A stretch of 64,000 bases of DNA from Candidatus Woesebacteria bacterium. GTDB lineage: Bacteria > Patescibacteriota > Microgenomatia > UBA8517. The DNA is taken from the NCBI GenBank assembly GCA_013374855.1, contig CP055308.1, positions 16,358-80,357 of the forward strand, read 5' to 3'. Made by a program: the position numbers and the translations under genes. Positions within the stretch are counted from its first letter, which is position 1; each line of letters opens with the position of its first letter. This document shows, piece after piece, positions 10,822 to 20,349 of this stretch. The notes beneath the pieces were generated by a model. It saw nothing but the letters and a program-made list of their open reading frames with translations, made no database searches and was not told where the DNA came from.

Positions 10822-12810
10822 ATGGAAAAACATTTCACCAAAGCCTTATTTATTTCGTATCTTACTCTCTTATTTTTTCTTCCAATAACAGTAGTTCCCA
10901 TAACTTCTGAGATATTTGAGTTTAACAAAATCGTTCTTGTTTATCTGGCAACTGCAGTTATAACCTCACTTTGGCTGGCAAGAATGATATCTGAAAAAAA
11001 AATTATCTTCAAAAAAACAATCCTTGATTTGCCAATTTTAGCATTCATAATCGCAAATCTTGCTTCTACCACATTTTCTATTGACCGAAATATGTCTATT
11101 TTTGGATATTATTCAAGATTCAATGGTGGAGTTCTTTCTCTAATATCATATTCACTCCTTTATTTTGCTTTTGTCTCAAACTTAGACAAAAAGCAAACAA
11201 TCTTGATACTAAAAACAATAGTTGCCTCAACTATTCTTGTCTTAACCTATGCAATTCTCCAAAAACTAGGGATAGACAAAAACATTTGGATTCAGGATGT
11301 GCAAGCAAGAGTTTTTTCAACTTTCGGTCAGCCAAATTGGCTTGCTGCTTTTTTAGTCATAACCTTTCCAGTAGTTATTGCTTTTTCTTTCAAAGAACTA
11401 AAAAAACAAAAATATTACCTTGCTCTGTCTCTCATGTACTTTCTTGTGATTTTGTTTACAAAATCAAGATCGGGTCTGATTGGTTTTATGGTTGCCAACA
11501 CAACATTTTGGATTAAATCAGCAATTTGTCACAAAGAAGCAGTAAAACCAAAATTAATTATCACATATCACCTTTTGCTTGCATTAATAATCATTATCAT
11601 AGGAACTCCTTGGACCCCTTCAATCGCAAAATTCTTCCAAAGAAAAAGCACAATTCAAGAAACCAAAACTACTACATCGCTTGAAACAGGTGGAACAGAA
11701 TCGGGAGAAATAAGAAAGATAGTCTGGAAAGGAGCGATCGAGATTTGGAGAAATAGCCCTATTTTTGGTACAGGCCCTGAAACTTTTGCTCTTTCCTATT
11801 TTAAATTCAAACCAAAAGAACATAATCTAACATCAGAATGGGATTTTGTTTACAATAAAGCACATAATGAATATCTAAACTATCTTGCAAACACCGGAGT
11901 TATTGGATTTTTCTCTTATCTTCTAATAATATCAGTTTCTTTGATCATAATGGCAAAAACTAGCAAAAAAGAAAATCTCCTTAAAAGTGCTCTTCTATCC
12001 GGCTATCTTGGATTCCTTATTACAAATATATTTGGTTTTTCCGTTGTTACAACAAACCTTTTATTCTTCCTCTTCCCTGCTTTTGCCACAACTATTGACA
12101 AGGAACCAGAAAAAGAAAAAAAAGAAACTAGAAGCAATCCCTTACTTTTAGTAATATTGCTAATCTCAAGTCTGCTTATTATCCAAATAATAAAATATTG
12201 GCAATCGGATATTCTGTACAATCAGGGAAAAAGTCTAAACAAAAGCAAGAATTACTTTGAGGCAAAAAACAACCTAGAAGAGGCTATTAAGAAAAGCCCA
12301 TACCAGCCCATTTATTACGAAGAGATATCGCGGTCAAGTATTGGAATGGCTCTTGTTGCTTATGAACAAAAAAAAGAAAATCTAGTAACCCAATTTGTAA
12401 ACGATGCAATAAAACAAATCAATACTGCTATAAAAATATCCCCCAATAATTTCTTCTTCAGAAAAACTTATTCTTCCATAGTAATTCAGCTTTCACTAAT
12501 TGACCCAAATTATCAAGATGACGCCGAAAAAGCTTTGGCCAACCTTTCAGAATTTGCACCTACTGATCCTAAAATCTACTACAACTTAGGACTTCTTTAT
12601 GCAAGAAAAGGAGAGTGGCAAAAAGCAAAAGAGATGCTGACAAAAAGCATTGATCTTAAGCCAACCTACAAAGAACCAAGATTGGCTATTGCTACTGTTT
12701 ACAAAAAGTTAAGTGAAAAGAAAAAAGCCCAAGAAGAGCTTCTATTTATTTTAGAAAAAATAGACCCCAACGACACTATTGCAAAAAGAGAGTTGGAAGA
12801 AACTAAATAG
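10822..12810 (+). CDS. O-antigen ligase (Wzy_C)-family membrane protein with C-terminal TPRs
   Basis: Multiple TM segments, STFGQPNWLA, TKSRSG, PIFGTGPETF, AHNEYL, then TPR-like helices. Confidence 0.88.
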   Translation: MEKHFTKALFISYLTLLFFLPITVVPITSEIFEFNKIVLVYLATAVITSLWLARMISEKKIIFKKTILDLPILAFIIANLASTTFSIDRNMSIFGYYSRFNGGVLSLISYSLLYFAFVSNLDKKQTILILKTIVASTILVLTYAILQKLGIDKNIWIQDVQARVFSTFGQPNWLAAFLVITFPVVIAFSFKELKKQKYYLALSLMYFLVILFTKSRSGLIGFMVANTTFWIKSAICHKEAVKPKLIITYHLLLALIIIIIGTPWTPSIAKFFQRKSTIQETKTTTSLETGGTESGEIRKIVWKGAIEIWRNSPIFGTGPETFALSYFKFKPKEHNLTSEWDFVYNKAHNEYLNYLANTGVIGFFSYLLIISVSLIIMAKTSKKENLLKSALLSGYLGFLITNIFGFSVVTTNLLFFLFPAFATTIDKEPEKEKKETRSNPLLLVILLISSLLIIQIIKYWQSDILYNQGKSLNKSKNYFEAKNNLEEAIKKSPYQPIYYEEISRSSIGMALVAYEQKKENLVTQFVNDAIKQINTAIKISPNNFFFRKTYSSIVIQLSLIDPNYQDDAEKALANLSEFAPTDPKIYYNLGLLYARKGEWQKAKEMLTKSIDLKPTYKEPRLAIATVYKKLSEKKKAQEELLFILEKIDPNDTIAKRELEETK

Positions 12811-12835
12811 CTTCAAATTCTGCTATAATAGGCTA

Positions 12836-13363
12836 ATGATTCTAAAAATTGTTGACTCAAAACATCCTGCTCTTCGGCAAAAAGCAAAAGAAATAAAAAA
12901 AATAGACAAAAAAATCAAAAAGTTGGCACAAGATTTAATCGATACACTTGAAGCGCAAAAGGACCCGGAAGGAGTTGGTCTTGCTGCTTGTCAAGTTGGA
13001 AAACCGCTTTCTATGTTTGCCTTTTTGGATAAAGACAATAAAATTAAAATCGTTATCAACCCTAAATTAATCTCTTGCAAAAAAACAGTACCCCAAAAGC
13101 AAAAGAAAAAAGACAAAATCTTAGAAGGTTGTCTTTCACTACCAAACTTTTATGGAAATGTAAAAAGACCAGTCAAGCTGCTACTCGAGTACCAAGATCT
13201 AGAAGGAAAGAAAAGAAGAGAAACTTTCACAGGCTTTCAAGCACACATTATCGCCCATGAGATAGACCACCTGAACGGGATTTTATTTACAGATCACATT
13301 CTTAAAGAGAAAAAACCTCTTTTTGAATACAAAAACGGAGAATGGGAAAAAGTAGAAATATAA
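12836..13363 (+). CDS. def: Peptide deformylase
   Basis: GVGLAACQVG, EGCLS, HEIDHLNG. Confidence 0.96.
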   Translation: MILKIVDSKHPALRQKAKEIKKIDKKIKKLAQDLIDTLEAQKDPEGVGLAACQVGKPLSMFAFLDKDNKIKIVINPKLISCKKTVPQKQKKKDKILEGCLSLPNFYGNVKRPVKLLLEYQDLEGKKRRETFTGFQAHIIAHEIDHLNGILFTDHILKEKKPLFEYKNGEWEKVEI

Positions 13364-14325
13364 AAAGTACAAAAATTGTCTTCTTTGGAACACCAGATTA
13401 TGTAGTTCCTATTCTTGAGGTGCTTTACAAGTACTTTAAGACAAAAGAAAACGAAAATCCAATAGCAGCTGTTGCAACACAACCCCCATCTCCAGCTGGA
13501 CGAGAAAAAAAACTTACCTACTCTCCAGTTGACAAATGGGCATATAGCAAAAAAATACCAGTTTTTTATGATCTGAAAAAACTTAAAGAGAGTGATATTG
13601 AAAAACAATTAGGAATACTAGCCTCTTTCAGTAAAATAATTCCCAAAGAAGTAATTGATATTTTTCCAAAAGGAATCTTGAATATTCACCCCTCTTTGCT
13701 TCCCAAATACCGCGGCGCATCTCCTGTACAAGCTGCAATTGCATCAGGAGATAAAGAAACCGGAGTTTCAATCATTAAACTTGACAACATTCTTGATCAT
13801 GGAGATATAGTTTGTCAATTCAAAGAGAAAATAGAAGAAAATGACACTACAGAAACTTTAAGAAAAAGGCTTTTTGAGAAAAGTGCTCAAGTCTTGCTCG
13901 AACTTCTGCCTGCTTATTTAGATGGAAAAATAAATCTCAAAAAACAGAACGACAAAGAAGCTGTTTTTTGCAAAGAAATTAAAAAAGACTGGGCTTTTAT
14001 TGATTCCTCTATTCTTGCTCCACTCTTGCAAGGAAAATCTCCAAGAGAAAAAACTATAGAAATCCAATTTATAGTAAACAAAAAAATAAGCGCAAATTCA
14101 AAAAATGTAAATAATCTGATTAGAGCTATGTACCCATGGCCATGTGTTTGGACTTTAGTTAGGCTTACACCACAAGATTCCAATCCGAAAAGACTCAAAA
14201 TAATCAAAAGCCACCTAGAAGAAAAAAGATTAGTTTTAGACGAAGTGCAACTTGAAGGAAAAAATAAAGTAAGCTGGGAACAATTCAGAGAGGGCTATCC
14301 CCAAAACAGCCTTCTAGATTATTGA
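13342..14325 (+). CDS. fmt: Methionyl-tRNA formyltransferase
   Basis: IVFFGTP, LNIHPSLLPKYRGASP, TGVSII..LDHG, IRAMYPWP. Confidence 0.95.
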   Translation: MGKSRNIKSTKIVFFGTPDYVVPILEVLYKYFKTKENENPIAAVATQPPSPAGREKKLTYSPVDKWAYSKKIPVFYDLKKLKESDIEKQLGILASFSKIIPKEVIDIFPKGILNIHPSLLPKYRGASPVQAAIASGDKETGVSIIKLDNILDHGDIVCQFKEKIEENDTTETLRKRLFEKSAQVLLELLPAYLDGKINLKKQNDKEAVFCKEIKKDWAFIDSSILAPLLQGKSPREKTIEIQFIVNKKISANSKNVNNLIRAMYPWPCVWTLVRLTPQDSNPKRLKIIKSHLEEKRLVLDEVQLEGKNKVSWEQFREGYPQNSLLDY

Positions 14326-14565
14326 GATACTCTTATAGTCCCCTATAGATTTGTATTTTTTAATTCTTTTAATACACTTTGCACAAAGCCTCATTTTCTT
14401 TTCCTTGTCATTTAACAAAACAGTTACTTTTTGCAAATTAACCCTAAAAAGTCTTGGTGTTTTAGTAGTCTTTTTTCTCCAACGTCTACCTGCCACTCCA
14501 CGCTTGTGAGTGTGCGAGCGGCCAACTACATTTCCCTTTTTGCAAATTTGACAAATATAAGACAT
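14314..14565 (-). CDS. rpmB: 50S ribosomal protein L28
   Basis: MSYICQICKKG..T.RLFRVNLQ..RLCAKCIK. Confidence 0.9.
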   Translation of the reverse strand: MSYICQICKKGNVVGRSHTHKRGVAGRRWRKKTTKTPRLFRVNLQKVTVLLNDKEKKMRLCAKCIKRIKKYKSIGDYKSISII

Positions 14566-14605
14566 AATATTAAAGCACAATAGATTATACAGTAAAAAAA
14601 GTCAA

Positions 14606-15235
14606 ATGTTAACACTTTATAAAATAATTGCTTTCCTGATAGCCTTGAGTGTTCACGAGGCAGCACATGCATGGACTGCCAACAGACTTGGTGATCCAAC
14701 AGCAAAACTTGAGGGAAGAGTTAGTCTAAACCCATTAAAACACCTTGACCTTTACGGAACTATAATTGTACCCCTATTTCTGATTTTTATCGGCTCACCC
14801 TTCGTTTTTGGCTGGGCAAAACCCGTAATGTTTGACCCTTTTAACCTCAAAAACCCAAGAAAAGACACAGCGCTAATTTCTCTATCTGGTCCTCTGGCTA
14901 ACTTCTTAACAGCAATCACCTTTTCCCTTGTAATAAACTCAATACCCACAGGACCACTTCTACCTCTTATTTACCTTATTATCCTAATAAACATAGTGCT
15001 TGGCGTATTTAATCTTATACCCATTCACCCGCTTGATGGAGGAAAAATACTTGTTGGCATACTTCCTGAAAAGGAAGCAGAAGAGGCAGACAGATTCTTA
15101 AATAGATATGGCTTAATCATCCTTTTTGCCTTGATTTTCTTTTCTTTTCGAGGAGTAACTCCTCTTTCTGCCTTTTTGGGAACAGCAGTCAATTTTTTTG
15201 TCAAAATACTAATACCCCAAGGAAATTTGATATAG
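14606..15235 (+). CDS. Site-2 protease (M50 family)
   Basis: HEAAH, GDPTAK..GR.SLNP, FGWAKPV, FNLIPIHPLDGG. Confidence 0.92.
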   Translation: MLTLYKIIAFLIALSVHEAAHAWTANRLGDPTAKLEGRVSLNPLKHLDLYGTIIVPLFLIFIGSPFVFGWAKPVMFDPFNLKNPRKDTALISLSGPLANFLTAITFSLVINSIPTGPLLPLIYLIILINIVLGVFNLIPIHPLDGGKILVGILPEKEAEEADRFLNRYGLIILFALIFFSFRGVTPLSAFLGTAVNFFVKILIPQGNLI

Positions 15236-15279
15236 ATAGACCTCTTTTGCCCTCTTGATATTATTGGTATAATAACAAT

Positions 15280-15433
15280 GACCCTGCTTTACAGGGAAGT
15301 TCCGGGGAAGCTTTTTCCTCACCAGCTTTCTTGAAGGGAGGGCAAATTGCCCTATTTCAAAGTAGATAGGGTTGAGCCCACCCACCTGGATTAATCCGGG
15401 GAAAAATTCAACCGGAATCCCCAAAGCGGGGTC
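15280..15433 (+). ncRNA. Candidate 6S (SsrS-like) rod-shaped RNA
   Basis: Extended -10 TGGTATAAT at 15265-15273; ends pair (gaccctgcttt/aaagcggggtc); nested helices ttccgg/ccggaa, tttttcc/ggaaaaa, ccag/ctgg, gggagggc/gcccaccc, ccctat/ataggg; GC-rich island with no convincing ORF. Confidence 0.6.
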
Positions 15434-15591
15434 GCTCTTTTGTAAAACTCTTAATCTTTATCTCCTACTCTGCTATAATTTACAATGTCTCCCTTGATTT
15501 AAAGGTTTCAGTAAAATTGAAAACAAGAAACCAAAAGTTTACAATCTAAAGACAAAGGTGCAATCATTACAAAAAGCACTTTTATGATCTT

Positions 15592-15663
15592 GCCGGGGTA
15601 ACTCAGCGGCAGAGTAGCTGTTTTGTAAACAGCAAGTCGTGGGTTCGAATCCCACCTCCGGCT
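15592..15663 (+). tRNA. tRNA-Thr(TGT)
   Basis: Cloverleaf; anticodon arm gctgt-TTTGTAA-acagc; GGTTCGAATCCC T arm. Confidence 0.95.
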
Positions 15664-15671
15664 CAAAACTT

Positions 15672-15756
15672 GCTGGGGTGGCGGAGTGGACAAACGCAAC
15701 AGTCTGTAAAACTGTCGCCCGAACGGGCTACCCAGGTTCGAATCCTGGCCCCAGCA
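15672..15756 (+). tRNA. tRNA-Tyr(GTA)
   Basis: acagt-CTGTAAA-actgt anticodon arm, long variable arm, GGTTCGAATCC. Confidence 0.95.
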
Positions 15757-15805
15757 CAAAAAGAAACACAAACACCACCAACAATATCCTTTCTTTTTCA
15801 AACAA

Positions 15806-16852
15806 ATGAAAATAACCACGCTTGATTATCAACTCCCCTACTCTCTTATAGCAAACAAACCCGCCTCCCCACGAGACAGTTGCAAACTAATGGTTATCGA
15901 CAGAAAAAACAAAACTATAAACCACTACAAATTCAGCCAGATTGACAAGTTTTTCAAAAAGGGAGATTTTCTAGTTTTCAACAAAACAAAGGTCTTCCCC
16001 GCACGACTATTTGCCAAAAAAGAAACTGGAGGGAAACTCGAAATCCTTTTTCTGGAAGAAGAATCGCCTTGCCTTTGGCATGTCCTAACAAAACCGGGTT
16101 TCAAAGAAGGACAAAAAGCAATTTTTAAAAACCTTAAAATAAAATCCATAAAGCAAGAAAAAGACTACACAAAAATAAAGGTAAATTTGCCAAAAGAAAA
16201 GGTTATAAAATTTTTAGAAAAATATGGAAAGACTCCCCTTCCCCCATATATAAAGACAAAAGAAAATGAAAACAAACTAAGAAAAAATTATCAAACAATA
16301 TATGCCCAAGAAATAGGTTCAGCAGCAGCACCAACCGCAGGTCTTCACTTTACAAAAAGGATAATAGAAAAGCTCAAAAGAAAAGGAGTCAAAATCAGAT
16401 ACCTTACATTGCATATTGGTATAGGAACATTTGCTCCAATCAAAGTCAAGGATATTAAAGACCATCAAATGCATTCTGAATATTTTGAAATAGACAGAAA
16501 AACAGCTCAGGAAATATTCAGAGCAAAAACACAAGGAAAAAGAATTGTTGCTGTCGGCACAACCACAACAAGAGTGCTTGAAACTCTGGCAAAAGATAAA
16601 GGTCAAACATCAGGAAAAACAAATATCTTTATATACCCACCTTACAAATTTGAACTTACCAATTGTTTAATAACCAACTTTCATTTGCCAAGAACCACTC
16701 TTTTGGCAATGATATCTGCTTTTGTTTCCTATCCTCAAACAAAAGAAAAGTTTAAAAATTTTCAAGAAAGCCTAATCGGAAAAGCATACCAAGAAGCAAT
16801 AAAAAACAAATACCGCTTTTTCTCCTTTGGTGACGCTTGTTTAATTTCATAA
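15806..16852 (+). CDS. queA: SAM:tRNA ribosyltransferase-isomerase
   Basis: LVFNKTKVFPARL, PLPPYI, GSAAAPTAGLHF, AVGTTTTR, TNFHLP, YRFFSFGDA. Confidence 0.97.
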   Translation: MKITTLDYQLPYSLIANKPASPRDSCKLMVIDRKNKTINHYKFSQIDKFFKKGDFLVFNKTKVFPARLFAKKETGGKLEILFLEEESPCLWHVLTKPGFKEGQKAIFKNLKIKSIKQEKDYTKIKVNLPKEKVIKFLEKYGKTPLPPYIKTKENENKLRKNYQTIYAQEIGSAAAPTAGLHFTKRIIEKLKRKGVKIRYLTLHIGIGTFAPIKVKDIKDHQMHSEYFEIDRKTAQEIFRAKTQGKRIVAVGTTTTRVLETLAKDKGQTSGKTNIFIYPPYKFELTNCLITNFHLPRTTLLAMISAFVSYPQTKEKFKNFQESLIGKAYQEAIKNKYRFFSFGDACLIS

Positions 16853-16994
16853 TCGGACTGAAAAGAAATAAAACAATAACAACCGCATACCAAAACTACA
16901 TAAAAAATTGACAAACAAAAGAACTTATACTACAATTACCCCCCAGTAAAGTGTTGGTTAGCTCTTTTAAATTTAACTATCAGGAGGTGCCAAG

Positions 16995-17195
16995 ATGGGG
17001 CCCGGAGGTAAAGACCCAGACGACAATAACACAACTGATTCGACCGCCAAAACAAGTAGTCTACCGTGGGATGTTGCAACTTGGTACGCCACAAGAAATG
17101 GTTATACAAAATCAGACGCTGAGGTAGACTGTGAAGATTCTAAAGAAGGAGTTGAGGCAGCTTGGAAAGCCGCCCGAGAAGATGCGTTAAATTGA
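16995..17195 (+). CDS. Small acidic hypothetical protein (66 aa)
   Basis: Strong SD AGGAGGT, TTGACA/TACAAT promoter upstream, terminator hairpin downstream. Confidence 0.7.
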   Translation: MGPGGKDPDDNNTTDSTAKTSSLPWDVATWYATRNGYTKSDAEVDCEDSKEGVEAAWKAAREDALN

Positions 17196-17235
17196 CGTGT
17201 CAAATTGAAAAAGTAAAAAGAGACTAACCAACACC

Positions 17236-17290
17236 AAAGCAGGGGAAAACTAGAAGTGCTGCCATTGCCAAAGTTTTCCCCTGCTTTCTG
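17236..17290 (+). terminator. Intrinsic terminator-like hairpin
   Basis: aaagcaggggaaaact...agttttcccctgcttt inverted repeat followed by T-rich tract. Confidence 0.65.
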
Positions 17291-17330
17291 TTCTTTTACC
17301 AAAGTTTTCTTACCTTAAAAATAAAGAAAA

Positions 17331-18365
17331 ATGAAAAATAAAAACAATAAAGAAAAAATAACACAAAATACACTATACAAGGCTACTATGTACGACGCAG
17401 GTTTGGAATACTTAAAAATTATAAAATTAATTCCCAAAGAAAAGGCAAAAAGTATAAGAAAAATATTAATAACAAATGATTCTTTCACTAATAAGGTTGC
17501 AGGATTCCAAAGATACGCCAAAGACCTAAAAGAAGCAGAAGCAGTGTTTGCCAATTTAATCAAAATTTTAAATAAGGCTTCCAAATACCAAGGATATAAA
17601 AATTTCGCTGAAAAAATAGCCGCAGATGCCAATATACCAAATAACATCCTTAAAAACGTTATTAAGGACTCAAAGATATTGATTGATTTCCTTAATAAGA
17701 AAGTGAAATTTAAGAAAAACATACCGAAAGAATACTGGACAGAACACTATACTCAATGTGCAAGCCACTCCACCCAAACAGAATATAAAATCCCGGAAGA
17801 AATTTATTCACTTCTAAAAAAATATGATCCCGATATAGAAAAGCTAACCAAAAAGATAAAAGTAAAGGAAATAAAAGGTGATGAAAACCCTTTTTGCAGG
17901 TATGACAAAGAAAAAGACATGTGTAAAATTTTTTGTTCAAAAGGAACCCAAGCCTTACCTGGTGTTTTTACTTTTCTCCACGAATTAGGACACGCCAAAC
18001 AACATCTAACTTCAAAAAAGGAAATAGAAATATCTGGATACGAAAAGGAAAAGTATGCTCACAAATTTTCAATAAATCTTGCAGAAAAAATATTCCCCAA
18101 AGAAGAATATTTGGCATATCTATGGTTTAGAGCAAAAGAAATAATAGTAAATGGAGTGTTTGAATATATCATCTACTCCAAGCAACCGAACAAACCAAGT
18201 AAGACCTATGCAGAATTGCAAAATTTGTTTCTTGGTAAAAAAGATCAAAAAGAAAACTACTACTACTTAGTGAACAAAAACATCATTCACAAAAACGGGG
18301 AATACCTTACAAGTGCCGCTTCATTTATCCAGGCATCAAAAGAAACATATCTAAAACAATCTTAA
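17331..18365 (+). CDS. Putative zinc metallopeptidase (HExxH, M3/gluzincin-like)
   Basis: TFLHELGHA followed by downstream E (GYEKE); KYQGYKNFAE resembles the M3 N-terminal motif. Confidence 0.55.
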   Translation: MKNKNNKEKITQNTLYKATMYDAGLEYLKIIKLIPKEKAKSIRKILITNDSFTNKVAGFQRYAKDLKEAEAVFANLIKILNKASKYQGYKNFAEKIAADANIPNNILKNVIKDSKILIDFLNKKVKFKKNIPKEYWTEHYTQCASHSTQTEYKIPEEIYSLLKKYDPDIEKLTKKIKVKEIKGDENPFCRYDKEKDMCKIFCSKGTQALPGVFTFLHELGHAKQHLTSKKEIEISGYEKEKYAHKFSINLAEKIFPKEEYLAYLWFRAKEIIVNGVFEYIIYSKQPNKPSKTYAELQNLFLGKKDQKENYYYLVNKNIIHKNGEYLTSAASFIQASKETYLKQS

Positions 18366-18460
18366 AACTAAGCTTTAAAGCTCAAACCTGCAAAAACTGA
18401 AAAGCTATCTTGCAAAGAGAAATATCAAAAAGATATAATCAAGAAGTTGATCTCCTTCCT

Positions 18461-18533
18461 GCTGGCATAGCTCAGTCGGCAGAGCGCGAACTTGGTAAGT
18501 TCGAGGTCTCCGGTTCAATCCCGGATGCCAGCT
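18461..18533 (+). tRNA. tRNA-Thr(GGT)
   Basis: cgaac-TTGGTAA-gttcg anticodon arm; acceptor gctggca/tgccagc. Confidence 0.95.
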
Positions 18534-18586
18534 CACTACCTTTAATTAGCAATTGAAAAAAACAAATCTACTGGTAAAATAACCCT

Positions 18587-18760
18587 ATGGCAAAAAAAGG
18601 AGCAAGAGAAATAGTTGGGCTTTTGTGCAAAGACTGCGGCAGACAAAACTACACCACAACCCGCAATAAGGTTAATATGGAAAAGAAACTAGAAATAAAC
18701 AAATTCTGCCCCGGCTGCAAAAAGCACACCCTTCATAAAGAAACCACAAAATTAAAGTAA
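18587..18760 (+). CDS. rpmG: 50S ribosomal protein L33 (Zn-binding type)
   Basis: Hand translation MAKKGAREIVGLLCKDCGRQNYTTTRNK..KFCPGCKKHTLHKE; below ORF-track cutoff. Confidence 0.95.
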   Translation: MAKKGAREIVGLLCKDCGRQNYTTTRNKVNMEKKLEINKFCPGCKKHTLHKETTKLK

Positions 18761-18900
18761 AAATAAGGTCAGACTTTTAATAAGTTACTTTTGACTTTTA
18801 AGTTTTAAGTTAATATAATCAAATCACCTCCATCCGGAGGGAGACTTGAAAACAGTCGAAAGCCCCACTCTGCTTTCTTCTGTCTTTCAAGACCAGAAAT

Positions 18901-19326
18901 ATGGCAAAAAAAGTAAAAGTTGTTATTAAAGTAAACCTAAAAGGTGGTGAGGCAACGCCTGCGCCTCCTTTGGGACCCGCTTTGGGACAACACGGAGTCG
19001 CCATAATGGATTTTGTCAAAGCCTACAATGATAAAACTGCCAATATGAAAGGACAGGTAGTTCCCGCAGTCATTACCATATATGAAGACAGGTCTTTTGA
19101 CTTTGAGATAAAAAAAGCGCCCGTTGCCGATATGATTAAAAAAGAACTTGGCCTTGAAAAAGGTGCAAAACAAGCGCTTCGCGAAACTGTCGGAACATTA
19201 ACCAAAGAGCAGGTAGAAAAAATAGCCAAAGAAAAAATGGACGACCTTAATACTGACGACTTGGAAGCAGCAAAAAGAATAGTAGAAGGTACTGCCCGAT
19301 CAATGGGAGTCAAGGTTCAAGAATAA
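18901..19326 (+). CDS. rplK: 50S ribosomal protein L11
   Basis: ATPAPPLGPALGQHGV, GTARSMGV. Confidence 0.98.
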   Translation: MAKKVKVVIKVNLKGGEATPAPPLGPALGQHGVAIMDFVKAYNDKTANMKGQVVPAVITIYEDRSFDFEIKKAPVADMIKKELGLEKGAKQALRETVGTLTKEQVEKIAKEKMDDLNTDDLEAAKRIVEGTARSMGVKVQE

Positions 19327-19327
19327 T

Positions 19328-20137
19328 ATGGGAAAAACAAAAACAGTATTTGTTACAGGTCAGGAAGAAGCCTTAAGCGGCGAGGAGAAATATAAATTAA
19401 GGCTAAAGAAAAAAGCAGAAAAAGAGGCAATAAAGAAAGCCAAAATAGAAGGAGTAGGACTAAAAGGTGGAGAAAGAATCAAGGTTGTAGCAAGCGAGGA
19501 GATTATAACGGCAGAGATTCCAAAAGAAGAAAAAGCAAAAAAAGAAATAAAAATAAAAAAAAGAGGCAAAAAATACATTTCCGCCAAACAAAAAATAGAC
19601 AAATCCAAAGAATACGAAATAAACGAGGCTATTAAGCTTGTTAAAGAAACATCTTATTCCTCATTTGACGGAACAATGGAAGCCCATTTTGTTGTCAAAA
19701 AACAAGGGCTGTCTGTATCTGTTACACTTCCCCATTCAACAGGGAAAACAAAAAAGATAGAAATAGCAAACGAGGAAACTATTAAAAAACTAGAAAAAGG
19801 AATTATAGACTTTGATGTTCTTTTAGCAACCCCTGATATGATGCCTAAGCTTTTGCCCTTTGCGAGACTTCTTGGTCCAAAAGGACTTCTCCCCAACCCA
19901 AAGGCAGGAACTCTAATTAAAGATAAAGAAGAAGCTAAAAACTTCTCAATCGATAAGATAAACATCAAAACAGAAAAAGAAGCCCCTTTAATTCATACTA
20001 TTTTCGGCAAAGTGAGTATGGATGATACAAAACTTGAGGAAAATCTCAAAAGTTTAATCGAGGCTGTTGGAGCAAGGCAAATAACAAAGCTTTTTATCAA
20101 ATCAACAATGAGTCCGTCGGTAAGAGTGAAAATTTAA
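19328..20137 (+). CDS. rplA: 50S ribosomal protein L1 (K/E-rich N-terminal extension)
   Basis: SFDGTME, LPHSTGK, FDVLLATPDMM, LGPKGLLPNPKAGT, STMSPSV. Confidence 0.92.
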   Translation: MGKTKTVFVTGQEEALSGEEKYKLRLKKKAEKEAIKKAKIEGVGLKGGERIKVVASEEIITAEIPKEEKAKKEIKIKKRGKKYISAKQKIDKSKEYEINEAIKLVKETSYSSFDGTMEAHFVVKKQGLSVSVTLPHSTGKTKKIEIANEETIKKLEKGIIDFDVLLATPDMMPKLLPFARLLGPKGLLPNPKAGTLIKDKEEAKNFSIDKINIKTEKEAPLIHTIFGKVSMDDTKLEENLKSLIEAVGARQITKLFIKSTMSPSVRVKI

Positions 20138-20343
20138 TCTTCTCTACCTTTTCTTTCCCGTAAAGACTTTATTTTCTCCAAAAACTCTTGCTTTTGCTCA
20201 TCAGTCAAAAAAGGAAGACCAGCGATAAACTTAACAACTTTCGCCATCGAATCTTCTAAAAAATCAGGTGTTCTCTGCTTCAAAAAATCCCAACGAGATT
20301 CCACCACCACTAATTTATCATCCTTTTTATTTTCTTGCGTCAT
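20134..20343 (-). CDS. Small hypothetical protein
   Basis: 69-aa ORF starting 6 nt after the stop of the 20350 ORF. Confidence 0.55.
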   Translation of the reverse strand: MTQENKKDDKLVVVESRWDFLKQRTPDFLEDSMAKVVKFIAGLPFLTDEQKQEFLEKIKSLRERKGRED

Positions 20344-20349
20344 TTTTTG

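Noticed and set aside
18825-18895. L1-binding leader upstream of rplK
   Set aside because: gggag..gaagccccac is suggestive, but the pairing is not clear enough to call
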